Below are positions 40,130 through 52,588 of a DNA stretch of 64,000 nucleotides, piece by piece. Made by a program: the position numbers and the translations under genes. The DNA lies in the NCBI GenBank assembly GCA_021613535.1, contig CP075492.1:19592001-19656000 (forward strand), written 5' to 3'. This stretch comes from Adineta vaga. Lineage: Eukaryota; Animalia; Rotifera. Under the pieces are notes generated by a model that was given only the letters and a program-made list of their open reading frames with translations, was not told where the DNA came from and did not search any database. The first letter of the stretch is position 1. Every line of letters begins with the position of its first letter.

Positions 40130-41604
40130 TTAAGAGAAGTTAAAATATCTTTTTCCATGGCAGTTTGAAGTTTTACAGTCTGGATCTTTACATTTAATCT
40201 GGTAATTATTTGTAAATGTATCGATGATGATGCAAGTTTGATTTGACTTGTGATGACGTTGTAATCGTTCACAAAATCGAAAATCACCGCCAATATTAAA
40301 AAATAATATAGATCGATTTTTGCTACCCTTTTGACACGATTGTATGTGACCGTTCGTATGATATGTTTCTTTCATTAATTTGAAAATAAAAGTTTTATAA
40401 TATTCTTCATTGTTAGATAAATCTTGTTTGCATTTTGTCGCTGTTGCTTGAATTAAGTTATTTTGAATTGTAAATTTAGCTATTGTGCTTGAATCCGCGA
40501 AATTGTAACTAGGAGTTAATTCAGTTATAGAATTATCATGTTCATTCATCGCTACCCATTTATTATCATTATAAGATAATACTACAATATTTGAATCATC
40601 TGATATATAAGCTATTAATGAATGTTTAAGCATCGAATGATCAATGCCATCATTGTTCATAGATATATCGTATTGTTTATTGCATGGATTAAAAGGAAAA
40701 TCTGATGTTGGTAACAAAGGATTGTGTTTTCCAAATTTCGTCGATTGATATAATCTAAATTGTTGATTATTACTATAAACATTAAGATCAAAAATCCATT
40801 GATATAAACCATCTGAATCTAGCAAGAATAAAATAAAACTATATATGTGAAGTACAAAAAAATAAGATTACTTTTGAAAAGAAGTTTTTGAAAGTTTTTA
40901 CAGGTTACTTTTGTTTCAGGTATTATACAACTACAAAAATCTATATGCATTAAAATCATTTGTAAGCATTTAATACAGCCATCGAGATCATTTGCTGCAT
41001 TCATACTATTTGGTTGTACGAGATGTTCATGACATGGATGCGATAATATAAAATATGAACAATGCTGTAATAACATTTTAATAAATTTAAATACAATTTG
41101 TTGTGAATGAAATCTAATTTCTGTGTTTGTGTATATTAAATGATAGCTGTATTTTGCTTCTGTTGTTGCACATAAAACAAGAAAATGATCCCCAATTCCG
41201 GTTGATTTTTTCGTGTATTTATTAGTCCAATCCAAAATAAAACAATGGAAAAGATTTTGTAGAATTAACAATGATTCTTCAACGTTCATTGTCAACGAAT
41301 TTGTTATATGAATATCAACATCAAAGTATAATTTACAATTTTTTTTTTCACACAAAACTTCGTATAGTGTTCGTTTCGATACATCTAAGCTTTGTAATAC
41401 CTTCGATAATTCATCGAATGTTACGTTTAAAAATAAGCGTTTCCGATTTTCATGTTCAACACCAATAATGATCGACTTTTGTCCATTTTCTTTCATTACT
41501 ATTACATCGTCCAATAACGTACGAAGTTTATAGTATAACTTAGCACTTGGTAAAATGTAATGAATATAATGGGTACCTTGAGGTACAGTATAACTTGACC
41601 ACAT
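40130..41604 (-). CDS. PrimPol-like AEP primase-polymerase with UL52-type Zn finger (2 exons, intron 40819-40871)
   Basis: Motif I LYEVLCEKKNCKLYFDVD, motif II ATTEAKYSYHLI, motif III FDLNVYSNNQQFRLYQSTKFGK, and Zn finger RFCERLQRHHKSN...KCKDPDC, all matching eukaryotic PrimPol motifs. A 53-bp GT-AG intron joins the ORFs in frame. Confidence 0.92.
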
Positions 41605-41945
41605 ATTCGTAACCAAAAATAAACGATTAACACAGAAGAATCCGTCATTTCCAATCATCCCTCGTCTATCCAATAACCGCTAATCAACCATTTAAACCAT
41701 AGGGGTCGCTAACAGACCACCCAACTTTGAACACTGCTTCACTTTTCTCATCAACATAAAGTTCATTTACCGATTAAATTTTAAAAAAATCACACCTATT
41801 TAGTCAGTATTTTCCACATTGCGTCTATGGCTTGTTCAACTGCTTCCGAATTAGCAAGCTACAAAAAAAACCGATTAAAAGAATCAAAATACTATGCAAC
41901 TTTCCATCATTTGTCCGTTTTATATAACATTCCACTGTCGGAAAG

Positions 41946-42999
41946 ATCATACGAATTGTATCCTGATCTAGATCGAGGAAGATGGAAAAAAATAAAAATA
42001 ATATGATCATCATACGAATTGTATCCTGATCTAGATCGAGCAAGATGGGAAAAAATAAAAATGATATGATCATTATCTGAATTGTATCCTGATCTAGATC
42101 GAGCAAGAGGGGAAAAAATAAAAATAATAGGATCATCATACGAATTATATCCTGATCTAGATCGAGCAAGAGGGTAAAAAATAAAAATAATAGGATCATC
42201 ATACGAATTATATCCTGATCTAGATCGAGCAAGAGGGTAAAAAATAAAAATAATATGATCATCATACGAATTGTATCCTGATCTAGATCGAGCAAGAGGG
42301 TAAAAAATAAAAATAATATGATCATCATACGAATTGTATCCTGATCTAGATCGAGCAAGAGGGTAAAAAATAAAAATAATATGATCATCATACGAATTGT
42401 ATCCTGATCTAGATCGAGCAAGAGGGTAAAAAATAAAAATAATAGGATCATCATACGAATTATATCCTGATCTAGATCGAGCAAGAGGGTAAAAAATAAA
42501 AATAATATGATCATCATACGAATTGTATCCTGATCTAGATCGAGCAAGAGGGTAAAAAATAAAAATAATATGATCATCATACGAATTGTATCCTGATCTA
42601 GATCGAGCAAGAGGGTAAAAAATAAAAATAATAGGATCATTATCCGAATTATATCCTGATCTAGATCGAGCAAGAGGGTAAAAAATAAAAATAATATGAT
42701 CATCATACGAATTATATCCTGATCTAGATCGAGCAAGAGGGTAAAAAATAAAAATAATATGATCATCATACGAATTATATCCTGATCTAGATCGAGCAAG
42801 AGGGTAAAAAATAAAAATAATAGGATCATCATACGAAGTGTATCCTGATCTAGATCGAGCAAGAGGGTAAAAAATAAAAATAATAGGATCATCATACGAA
42901 TTGTATCCTGATCTAGATCGAGCAAGAGGGTAAAAAATAAAAATAATATGATCATCATACGAATTGTATCCTGATCTAGATCGAGCAAGATGGGAAAAA
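41946..42999. repeat. Internal tandem array, ~17 copies of a 63-bp unit with palindrome GATCTAGATC and an A-rich tract
   Basis: Unit ATCATCATACGAATTGTATCCTGATCTAGATCGAGCAAGAGGGTAAAAAATAAAAATAATATG; the copies are near-identical. Confidence 0.95.
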
Positions 43000-43263
43000 C
43001 AAGTGAGTAATCAATGATTTTCAATAGAACGATTTGTAGGTATTTTAAAAAACTTACTGAAGCATTCGACTGAAAATACTGATCCTCAATTTCGCTATTC
43101 ATCCTGTGAGGGAAAATTGGAATAATGAGAAAAGGTAGAACTAGATACTTAACAAGAACTAAAAAGTGCACCTCATGAATTTTTGTCATTGCTGCTTGGT
43201 TGATAAAGAGACATATCACAGCAAATTAGCCGATACTAGATATTAGGTCTGTATAAAGTGAGT

Positions 43264-43505
43264 GCATGACAATACATGACAATACATGACAACCGATTCT
43301 AGCTGAAAAGGGGAAAGTAAGGTCAATACATGACAATACATGAGAATACAAGGTAACCGATTCTAGCTGAAAAGGGGAAAGTAGGGTCAATACATGACAA
43401 TACAAGACAACCGATTCTAGCTGAAAAGGGGAAAGTAGGGTCGATACATGACAATACATGACAACCGATTCTAGCTTCACAGCATAAGGTAGGGCCAGTA
43501 CATGA
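43264..43505 (-). repeat. Right subterminal array, ~4 copies of the same 54-bp unit in inverted orientation
   Basis: CAACCGATTCTAGCTGAAAAGGGGAAAGTAGGGTCAATACATGA is the reverse complement of the left-array unit. Confidence 0.95.
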
Positions 43506-43628
43506 ATAATAGTTGTAGTATACTGAACGAAAAATGGGTAAACCTGTGAGGACGCAGTTATAAGGAAGCATCTTTTGAGGTAAATATATATGGTTTGAAA
43601 AGAATATATACTTGAAAATAATATATAT

Positions 43629-43674
43629 ATAGAAAAGGTAGAATACAAGTTGTATTTGTATTTGCGCATCTCTG
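43629..43674 (-). repeat. Right terminal inverted repeat
   Basis: Reverse complement reads CAGAGA-TGCGCAAATACAAATACAACTTGTA-TTCTACCTTTTCTATA. Confidence 0.92.
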
Positions 43675-46600
43675 AAATTTTCAATAAATAAACATTGATT
43701 ATTTATTAATAAATTTGTTTTAATTAATTCTGATTGAATATATTTTTCACGACGAATAATTAAATAATATTCTTCAAAAAAAGATATTTCAATAAAAATA
43801 AGATGAAATGGAATTATTGTATGAATTATAATACGATTATCATTATGTTTAATTTGTTTTAATAAAATATTTTCTAAATGATTTCTTGTTTCATATATTG
43901 TTATTAAATGAATAAGAATAATTGACATTGATTTTATTGTTTTTTCAGATAATATTATTTCAATTCGATTTTCAATATTTTCACATCGTTCTCCAAAAAA
44001 ACCTTCTTTACATATACATGTAAAATTGTTTAAAGTAATACGATTATCAATTGGAATACATTGACCATTATTTTTACAAGGATTTATTAATGATTGACAA
44101 GATGAATGTTTTAAATAACATTTTTCACCAAATTTATATAATGAACAAATACAAATTGATGAACTAAGACAAAATGAATCAAATGAACAAGAACAATTAT
44201 GTTTTATTTGACAATTTAATCCTGAATAACCTGAATTACATTGACAAAAATATGATGAATTTTCATTAATATATTTTATACATTTACCATAATTTCCACA
44301 TGATAATGAACATGACAATTCTATTTGTTGAGGATTTAAAGGTATTAATAAATGTGTTGAAATTCGATTAACAGGTAAAAATGGAAATAATATTCGAAAA
44401 TACCAACTTGACCAATATTTTAATGTTATTCGATTAAAAATATCAATACGTATTGAATAATTTATTGAATTATTCTTTGGACGATTAGGATAAAGTAAAT
44501 ATAAATTATATTTTATTCCACAATCACGTTTTGGAACATAAATTATTTGTTCATAATAAGGTGTTATTTCTCCTTGATCATCTAAAAGCATAATAATAAC
44601 TTGAAAAATAGGCATTTCATATATAAAACTATAATATTTTAATTGAATTGTTAAACTTATACGTTGATTTTGCCATTGACATCGTAAACCAAAATAACTT
44701 GGTGGACAAAGACATCGAATTATTTGATTATTTTTATATAAAATAGGAAATCCTCGATTACAATACCAATTATTATCAAAATCTTTATTAATTGGATTAT
44801 TAAATTCAATTAAAGTTGATTGATGAGAAACTTTTGGAATAATAACTGATGGAAAATATCCTAAACGTAATGATTGAAGAAATGGACGTTGGAAATCATC
44901 TGATATAGGAGAAAAACGAAGATGACATAATCTTTCTTTATTTTTCATAACAATATTTTGTATTAATTGAAGAGTTCGACGAAAATTTGGTATTAAACAT
45001 ATATCATCATTATTACCAATAAGAGAATGTGTTTTATTATTATTATTATATTTAATAGTAATACATTTATTTTCATTCCAAAATAAATAAGTTTTATTAA
45101 TATTATTTATATGTATAATACGTTCAATAAATTTAGTTGTATCAATATTTATATATTCTTCTACTAAATTTAATACAGATATACAATAATCTTCAGCAGG
45201 TCGACCACCTTCATCATATTCACAAAAAAGTTCATTTGATGAACAATAACTACGTGAACAATTAAGTTCATCAAGACCATTTAAACAACTTGAATATTGA
45301 TTACATCGAGTATAAGGATTATTACATGGCCATAAATAACAATCACTTTCATCTGTATCGGTTTCATTATTATAATAATATGGTAAATCTTGATGACCAT
45401 CACAAAAATATCCAAATAAAAGTTTCTTAGGTGATTCATTACTTCTCATTTGTAAATTCGAAGGAATTCTTTTTTCATCTCGAGTTGTTTCAAAACAATT
45501 TCTAAAAATATTTGGAAAAATATTTTGAAGTGAAAACCACATTGTAATTATTGTACGAGTTATATTAATTCCGTTACAACAATGAAGACCATTACGCATT
45601 CCAATATCTATTGAACAGAATAAATATTTTGGACATCGAGATCCATTAAAACATATAAAATCAGGTGTAAGATCATTTCTTGATCGATTTGTTAAATAAA
45701 TAAATTGAAAATATGAATAAAGTATTGGATATTCAGGAAAAACTAACCATTTTAATGGACAATGTTCAAGAGGAATTTCACAATGAATTTCATTTTGTAA
45801 ATGTGAAAGAAAATCAATTCGATCAGGACGAAGTAAACATAGAAGATATTGTCGACATGATAAATTTGAAATATAATCAAATGAAGTAAATATTGTCATA
45901 GTCATTTGTTTATCTCGTAAATTTCGACAAAAAGAAAAAAAAATTTGGTATAAATCTTTGAATAGATTGACCATCACCACATGAAAATGGATTATAAAAT
46001 CCAAATGATACTTCTTCACATTCAAATGTTGGAGATCTCATACAATTTTCTCCAATTAAATAATTCATTAACAATTTATCAGTACCATCAAGACAATTAT
46101 AATTTTTTTCATGATCATCAAAAAATGCTTGAGGAATACATTCTCCACTTTTTTGACAATGAAATTCATTTTCTGTACATTGATTTTGTTCTAATAAATA
46201 ACAATATTCTTCATCTTCTCCATTAATACAATCATTTATTCCATTACATATTTCACGCCAATCAAGACACATTGGTAATGGACCACGAATACAAGTTGAT
46301 AAAAATAAATAACATGAACCAATATAATAATTAACATCTAATGATGGTTCATTACGATAAACAAAAAAATCAGAAATAAGTTCACCAAATGATGGTTGAT
46401 TCATATTAATTATTCGATATTGACATTTTGAACCAAACCAAGTAGATGAACAATTATAAAAATATTTATTTGAATTCTTACCATTAATTTCATAATCTTC
46501 GGCTATATCAATTGGAATAAACCAATCTAATAATTGTAAACTTGTTATTCCTTTTTCATATAATTCTTTAAAACTTATTTTATTTTTAATATTTTCATTT

Positions 46601-46800
46601 TCATCATTTAATCGTTGACAATAAGGTATTAAATGATAAAACATCATATAACCTCCACTATCGATTTTATATGAATATAATATATAAGAATATAAACAAA
46701 CAAATGTTGATTGAAATTCTTGTTGATTAACTGTATGATAAAATGTAAAACGACAATGATATTCAATAAATAATAAGAGAAGAAAAAGAATAAATTTCAT
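43675..46800 (-). pseudogene. 5' part (signal peptide, LDLRa and EGF repeats) of the disrupted LDLRa-EGF-7TM receptor gene
   Basis: MKFILFLLLLF signal peptide; LDLRa CLDWREICNGINDCINGEDEEYC; EGF motifs CLCPPSYFGLRC and NPCKNNGQC...CKEGFFGERC. An additional frameshift lies in the homopolymer at 45935-45943. Confidence 0.9.
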
Positions 46801-49800
46801 GTTTTATTCAAAAGATATTCAAATGAAAAAGAAAGAAATATTCTTTTCTACTTTCTCTTTTAGACAAAATAAATATCTGTCTTTTTACTTTCCTCTTATT
46901 TTTATTTGAGAAGAAAAAAATAAAGATATGATCAAATACATTTTCTATACATTAATTTTGAATAAATTATATATCATAAAATTTGTATTTATTAAAATAA
47001 ATCAAGAATATATGTTTATATTTAATGATAAAATAGATTTTAAATGAAATCTTTTCTTTTATATTATTTAAATTTTAAAGAATTTAATAAAGGAAAATTG
47101 TGAATATTTCTTATTTATTTATTTCATTTTATTTTCAATGTTTTATTATACAATTACAATCTTATCTATTGAAACTTTTATTTTCTTATCAAATATTTAT
47201 TTTGTTTAACTTCCTTTTCCCATCAACATATAAACTAATTGAATTTCCTGAGAAAAAAAAAATGTAATGTATTAATAATATCTCGTAGAAATCTATATTT
47301 TAAGAATTGTTATCAAAGAAAAAGTTTCTTATTCATTTATTTACTTATATAATGTATAATTTCATAATATTTTTAAATAAACAAGGAAAAAAAAAACCTA
47401 TCACTTTTTTTTACATTCAAATCTAGATTATTTTTTTGAAAACTATTCTTATATTTTCTATATATTTATCATATATTAATTTAATATAAGAATATTTCGC
47501 TTAATAAATATATTCGTTTATTTACATTTAACAATGAGATCAATAATTGTTTGTATTTAAAATAAAGATTTTTTTATCATTTATACAATATTGTATCTTA
47601 AACAATAATTATCTCACATGTAATTACAAGTTTATATAGAAAATAATACATATTATATTATCTCTAAAGTATTATCACAGTTTTACTCAACTTCAATCAT
47701 TAATTTATCAAAAATTTATTTAAATCTTTTTATACTTAACCAAAAAGATGATAAATTATTCTAAACAATAATCAGAGGAAAATATAATCAAATCATTATT
47801 AACTGATTATTTTACTTTTACAAGTTAAGTATTTCAGATATACAAAAAATTATAATCAACGTCAATAAAGAAATTTAATCTATTGTGAAGTATGAAAAAT
47901 ACATATAAAGATGATCTACATATTATTTTCAATTCAAATCACATACATTGAAGAAAAACCACTAAAAATAGGTAATAATAATCAATAGTTCATGTAGACT
48001 TGATCCATTAGATGTATAGAAAAAAAGAAAAAGAATAATGAAAATGTAGTCACCAATAAATTCATTGACTGTGTCTACAGAAATCTATTCAACGTGATAT
48101 TCATTTGTTTTTCAGTTGACATTTCATAATTAGAAGAAATTCCATGGAAATTATAAACAAAATATGATTATTTTTTGAAGTACATCTATTCAACTAAAAC
48201 TAAGAAGATATAATAGTTAATATCATCTTTTCATCAATAATAATTTAAATTAAAACGATATTATTTAGAATATCAATAATAATTATATTAAAAGTGAAAA
48301 AGATTTCTATTTGATCAACTAAATTACAAAAGAAAACACTTTTTTCTTTCTTTCTATTAAATATATTAATTATTGGAACAATTGAAAATCTTTTCGAACA
48401 AAATCCTATATATTTGACATTTTTTCAAGAAAATATTGATTAATCAGCGTAGAAACATAGAGTGAACGATGCTTTATCGAATTATTAGAAAAAATAGAAT
48501 CACCACTAGGACTCTTGGATAACCCTCAAGTATATTTTAATTTGTTTTCATTGAATATACAATTCTAAGGGTATCTATACTTCCCAAAACTGATTATAAA
48601 TTTTTTGAATATTCCTAGATTATGTGTTTTGCTTGTGATCTTTAGTTCATCTGAACAGTTACGACTATTTATGTCGTCTGAAGAGTTCTTTATTAGAGAC
48701 AAAATCATGATCACGATAGCTACACTCACATCCGACATGATTTGTATTAAAGCAATGTTATCTTGAGTAAACATCTCTGATCAAAATTACGTAGTTGATG
48801 AAAAGACATTATTATTAGACTTCTTATAATAATCAGAATTTGTGGTATCATTTTCATTAACAATACCTGAAAGTAAAAGAAATAGAGAAAATATTATTTG
48901 TATTTGAACAAAGTTTCAGATATCAATGGATGATCAATACTATAGAAAATCGAGAAATATATTTTTTATATAAAGAAGTCTAGAATTATGATTCAACAAG
49001 TTTTTGTTTTTCTTCAATTATCAACAAATGAAAATAAAATATTACGTTGGTATAGATAATACGTGTGTATGAAGCAAGTCTTATGTAGCTTATCTAAATC
49101 ATGTCTTTTCATTAAAATTAATGATTCAGATTGATATTTTTTGATGAAAATACGTCATTGATATGAAAAAAATCTCACATTTAGAAAATAAGTTTGGATA
49201 AAAAACCACCCTTAAATTTCTTTAGTCGTGTCATGATCAATTATTTCTGATGCAAATGACATATAATTTGACGTTTTAGTTAGTATTTACGATTCTATTG
49301 AATCATATTCAATCATTCTATTCTCTGTTTATTCCTTCAATATAATACATAGGTAAAAAAGTGTATCTATTCATATTATGTTAGAAAATTACCTGTTGGA
49401 AAAAGGAAGTATGAATAATATTCAATTATCAAAACAAATCTACGTAATACATCATTACGCAATTTAATAAGAACTAATATAAAAGGATTCTATTTCTCTG
49501 CTTTAAATCATATTAAATTTTCTTTCGATGAAAGATATTTAACTTGGTTTTGTGTTATTTCATCCAACAGTCTTTTATCCGAGGAAGTAAGTACTGTGTC
49601 GAAGCACCAAATTATGCTTAAAGATACTGATGAGTCTTTGATGCTTATTTGTATGTCTTTGACTGATTAGGTTTAATAGATTTCGAGAATTTACAGATAT
49701 TTTTGTTACAATGTGATTGTTTACTTTATGTTCCTCAAATCTTTTTATCAACTTTTTCAGTTAGTCGTGTCAATAACTGACAATTATTGTCTATTCTTCA

Positions 49801-49816
49801 ACATCCGACACGAACA

Positions 49817-51605
49817 ATGACTTTCAATTTGTTTTTCGGTTTTATAACCGTATCAATGTTCATTGATATTCTATTAGTATCGGTAAGATTGTTTGCTATT
49901 GCGAAATTTGTCACTTTCTCCTTATTTTTGTGTAGAGTTTATCAACCACTCAACGAAATCCAACAGAATTGGGTAAGTTTAATATTCGTATAATCATTCT
50001 GCATAACAATCTTGGACTCATTTTTGTGTGTTACATTTTGATAAATGAGAAGAAAAAGAATAAGGACATATTCTCTAAAAAAACTCCAGAACGAAGATTT
50101 CGGCGTTCATCCCCTATTCGCACTATCTAGCGAAGAAATGTCAACAAAATATCAAGTATTTTATCTTTTTAGCCAATAAATTTGAAGGTGATATAGCATT
50201 GACAGCGGGAACAGCTGTAAGTTGATAATTAAATTCGATTCTGATCCTTCCAATCAAGTTATCAGATAGGATGGATCTAAGACGAAAACTTTTGTCCGTG
50301 TATACTTTTATCTGGAGCACCCTCATTCTGACCCCAAAATTGATGCTAATGTATTTGATATATTAGATTTTATTTCATGTTTCGACTGATCTACCGTAAT
50401 GACACTGCAAATGTTTAATGTATTTATTCAATGTTCACTATATCTAAGTAACATAGAAAACGCAAAAATGTAGAAATGCTATAGTATTTTGATTAATTCA
50501 TTTCTATTACAAGACTTATGGAAATAAAGTAGATATTATAGTGTACGTTCCTTTTATGCATATCTTCTTGATGTTTAGTCTTCAGTGTTTCGAAAGTTAT
50601 AGGAGATCAGTTACTTTTGATTCTGATTATCTGAATGACGAGAAACTTTTAGCTTACTTAACATACGAGTATGTTTTAGCGTCAACAAGCTGCTCTCCAA
50701 CAACAAGCTGCTTTCCAACAAGCTGGAATTCGTCTGGTTATGTAGTGGCGAGTGGTGGCTATTATGGAAGTCTAACTGTTGATGATGATTTTAATGTATA
50801 TGTAGCCGATGGAAATCAGTATCGTCTACAAAAGTGGGCTACATGTGCTGTACAGCCAGTCAATTTGCTAGAGGGACAATTTTCACACAATCCCTTATTC
50901 TATCATTCATCGAGTCGTTCACTTTATTATGTTGACTCGATCCTGGGCAATCCAACTGTGTATAAGCTGTTACCTGGACAAACAGTACCAGTGAAGGTCG
51001 CCTTTGGCAATGGCGTAGGAAACGGTTTACATCAATTGCAACGAAATTGTCGTGGTTTGTATGTAAATGAGCGTGGTGATATATATGTATTGGATGCTTA
51101 CAATCAACGAGTATTGAAATGGAAGGTAGATGCCAATGCCGGTGTATTGGTAGCAGGTGGAGGAGGCGAAGGAAATGGTTCCAATCAATTATCAGATGCC
51201 CATGGCTTATATGTGGATACAGTAAATGACGTCATATATGTTGCAGACACAGGTAATCATCGTATCCAAAAATACACTAGTGGATCTGTAAATGGAATCA
51301 CCGTACTTAGTGGCGCCCCTCAAACAGCTACCTCTACTATGCTGAGGGGCATGTATTACCCTCAAGCAGTATTTGTCGACAAAATTGGAAACATTTTGGT
51401 AGGTGATTGGGCTCGGATTACGAAGTGGGCACCGAATGGATCTACTGGTAGTCTTATTGCTGATGGAACACAAGGATTTAACGCCATACGAATGGACACA
51501 CCGTCGGCGTTCGGATTCGACGGAACAGGAAATCTGTACGCGCTTGACTGGACAAATCAACGAGTACTGAAGTTCAATGTCTTGTCTAAACAGTGTTCCA
51601 GTTAA
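49817..51605 (+). CDS. Secreted NHL-repeat protein
   Basis: NHL motifs (IYVLDAYNQRVLKW, IYVADTGNHRIQK, LYALDWTNQRVLKF) in the exon ~50680-51605. Small upstream exons with a signal-like MTFNLFFGFITVSMFIDILLVS are inferred. Confidence 0.8.
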
Positions 51606-51770
51606 TCATGCATCAATATCACAACCAAGACTTTTGATATAGTTTCGATCTTTTAACTTTATTTTCATATTTTATCTTTAATCAAGCTTTTCATACAGTG
51701 TTATTATCTAATCCAGAATAAAAGACGCGACTGATTTTCAAATAATTTTAGCTGAATGATAGCTAGCAAG

Positions 51771-51833
51771 TTGAGGGTGTGGGTGTGGGTGTAGGTGTGA
51801 TTCCTATACTCTCACCCACACCCACACCCTCAA
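51771..51833. repeat. 63-bp hairpin built from TGTGGG-type repeats
   Basis: Arms 51771-51791 (TTGAGGGTGTGGGTGTGGGTG) and 51813-51833 (CACCCACACCCACACCCTCAA) are perfect 21-bp inverted repeats. Confidence 0.9.
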
Positions 51834-52588
51834 GATGATCAATTGTTGACTGCAGCATTAATATATACTCGTTCATCTTTTGAACAAAGAAAGAAAAACC
51901 ATAAACAAGAAAACGACTTGGTTCTGAAGAAACAGATAGGTTAGTAAAAAATATAGAAAATTGTTGGAATTAAATTCTTCTGATTTAAATTTTAGTGAAT
52001 ATTTTCACGTATGAGTCGACGAACATTGAGAAAACGCGCTAAATGAACCTTCTTATTAAAGAACTAACTCTGAGTGAATGCACATAAAATTAAAAGATTT
52101 TATCATTATCAATCTCTTGATAATTTCTTCTCGTTAGACGAAATGTAAATTGTAGGTCATTGAAACGAATATTAAGATTGTCAAAAGCATAACAGAGTTT
52201 TTGAGCAAATGTAAATATTGTGCTTTATTAGAGGTGAGTATATCTAATCGCTTTCGGATGAGTTCACAGTGGTTGTGCGATGCACTTTACAGAAATTCTC
52301 AACTATTAAACTCTTATCTATATCGAATAAGATGAGTTGAGATGCTTTTATATTTTTTATTGTTATAAATAGTCTCTCAAATATCGAGATATTCTTGAAA
52401 AATACATTTTCTTCGTCGTTCAAACGATATGGAACTCATATGAAGTGTCATTCATAACTTCAAACCAAAGAAGAATATCACATGATGTGGGTCTTTCAAA
52501 AGAAGAAGAAAAATATGGAATAAATAAGTATATATATAGATATCACTTGTTTTATTCTATAAAAATGACAATTTTTGTTTGATGAAAT

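Larger units (their letters stand above)
31267..43674 (-). mobile_element. 12.4-kb KDZ (Kyakuja-Dileera-Zisupton)-type DNA transposon carrying PrimPol
   Basis: TSD AAATTTTC at 31259-31266 and 43675-43682 (9 bp, GAAATTTTC, if the right end is 43673). TIRs, inverted subterminal arrays and an internal KDZ transposase are present. The host ORF is restored by in-silico excision. Confidence 0.92.

Noticed and set aside
41825-43219. 464-aa hydrophobic repeat ORF (DLDQDTIRMMIILFLFFTLLL)n
   Set aside because: The frame stays open because the 63-bp unit is a multiple of 3 and lacks a stop in that frame. There is no other coding evidence, although translation cannot be excluded.
43323-43674. C-terminal ~117 aa of the 900-aa ORF 43323-46025
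   Set aside because: This is read-through from the host gene into the transposon end; the true continuation is at 31266 and downward.
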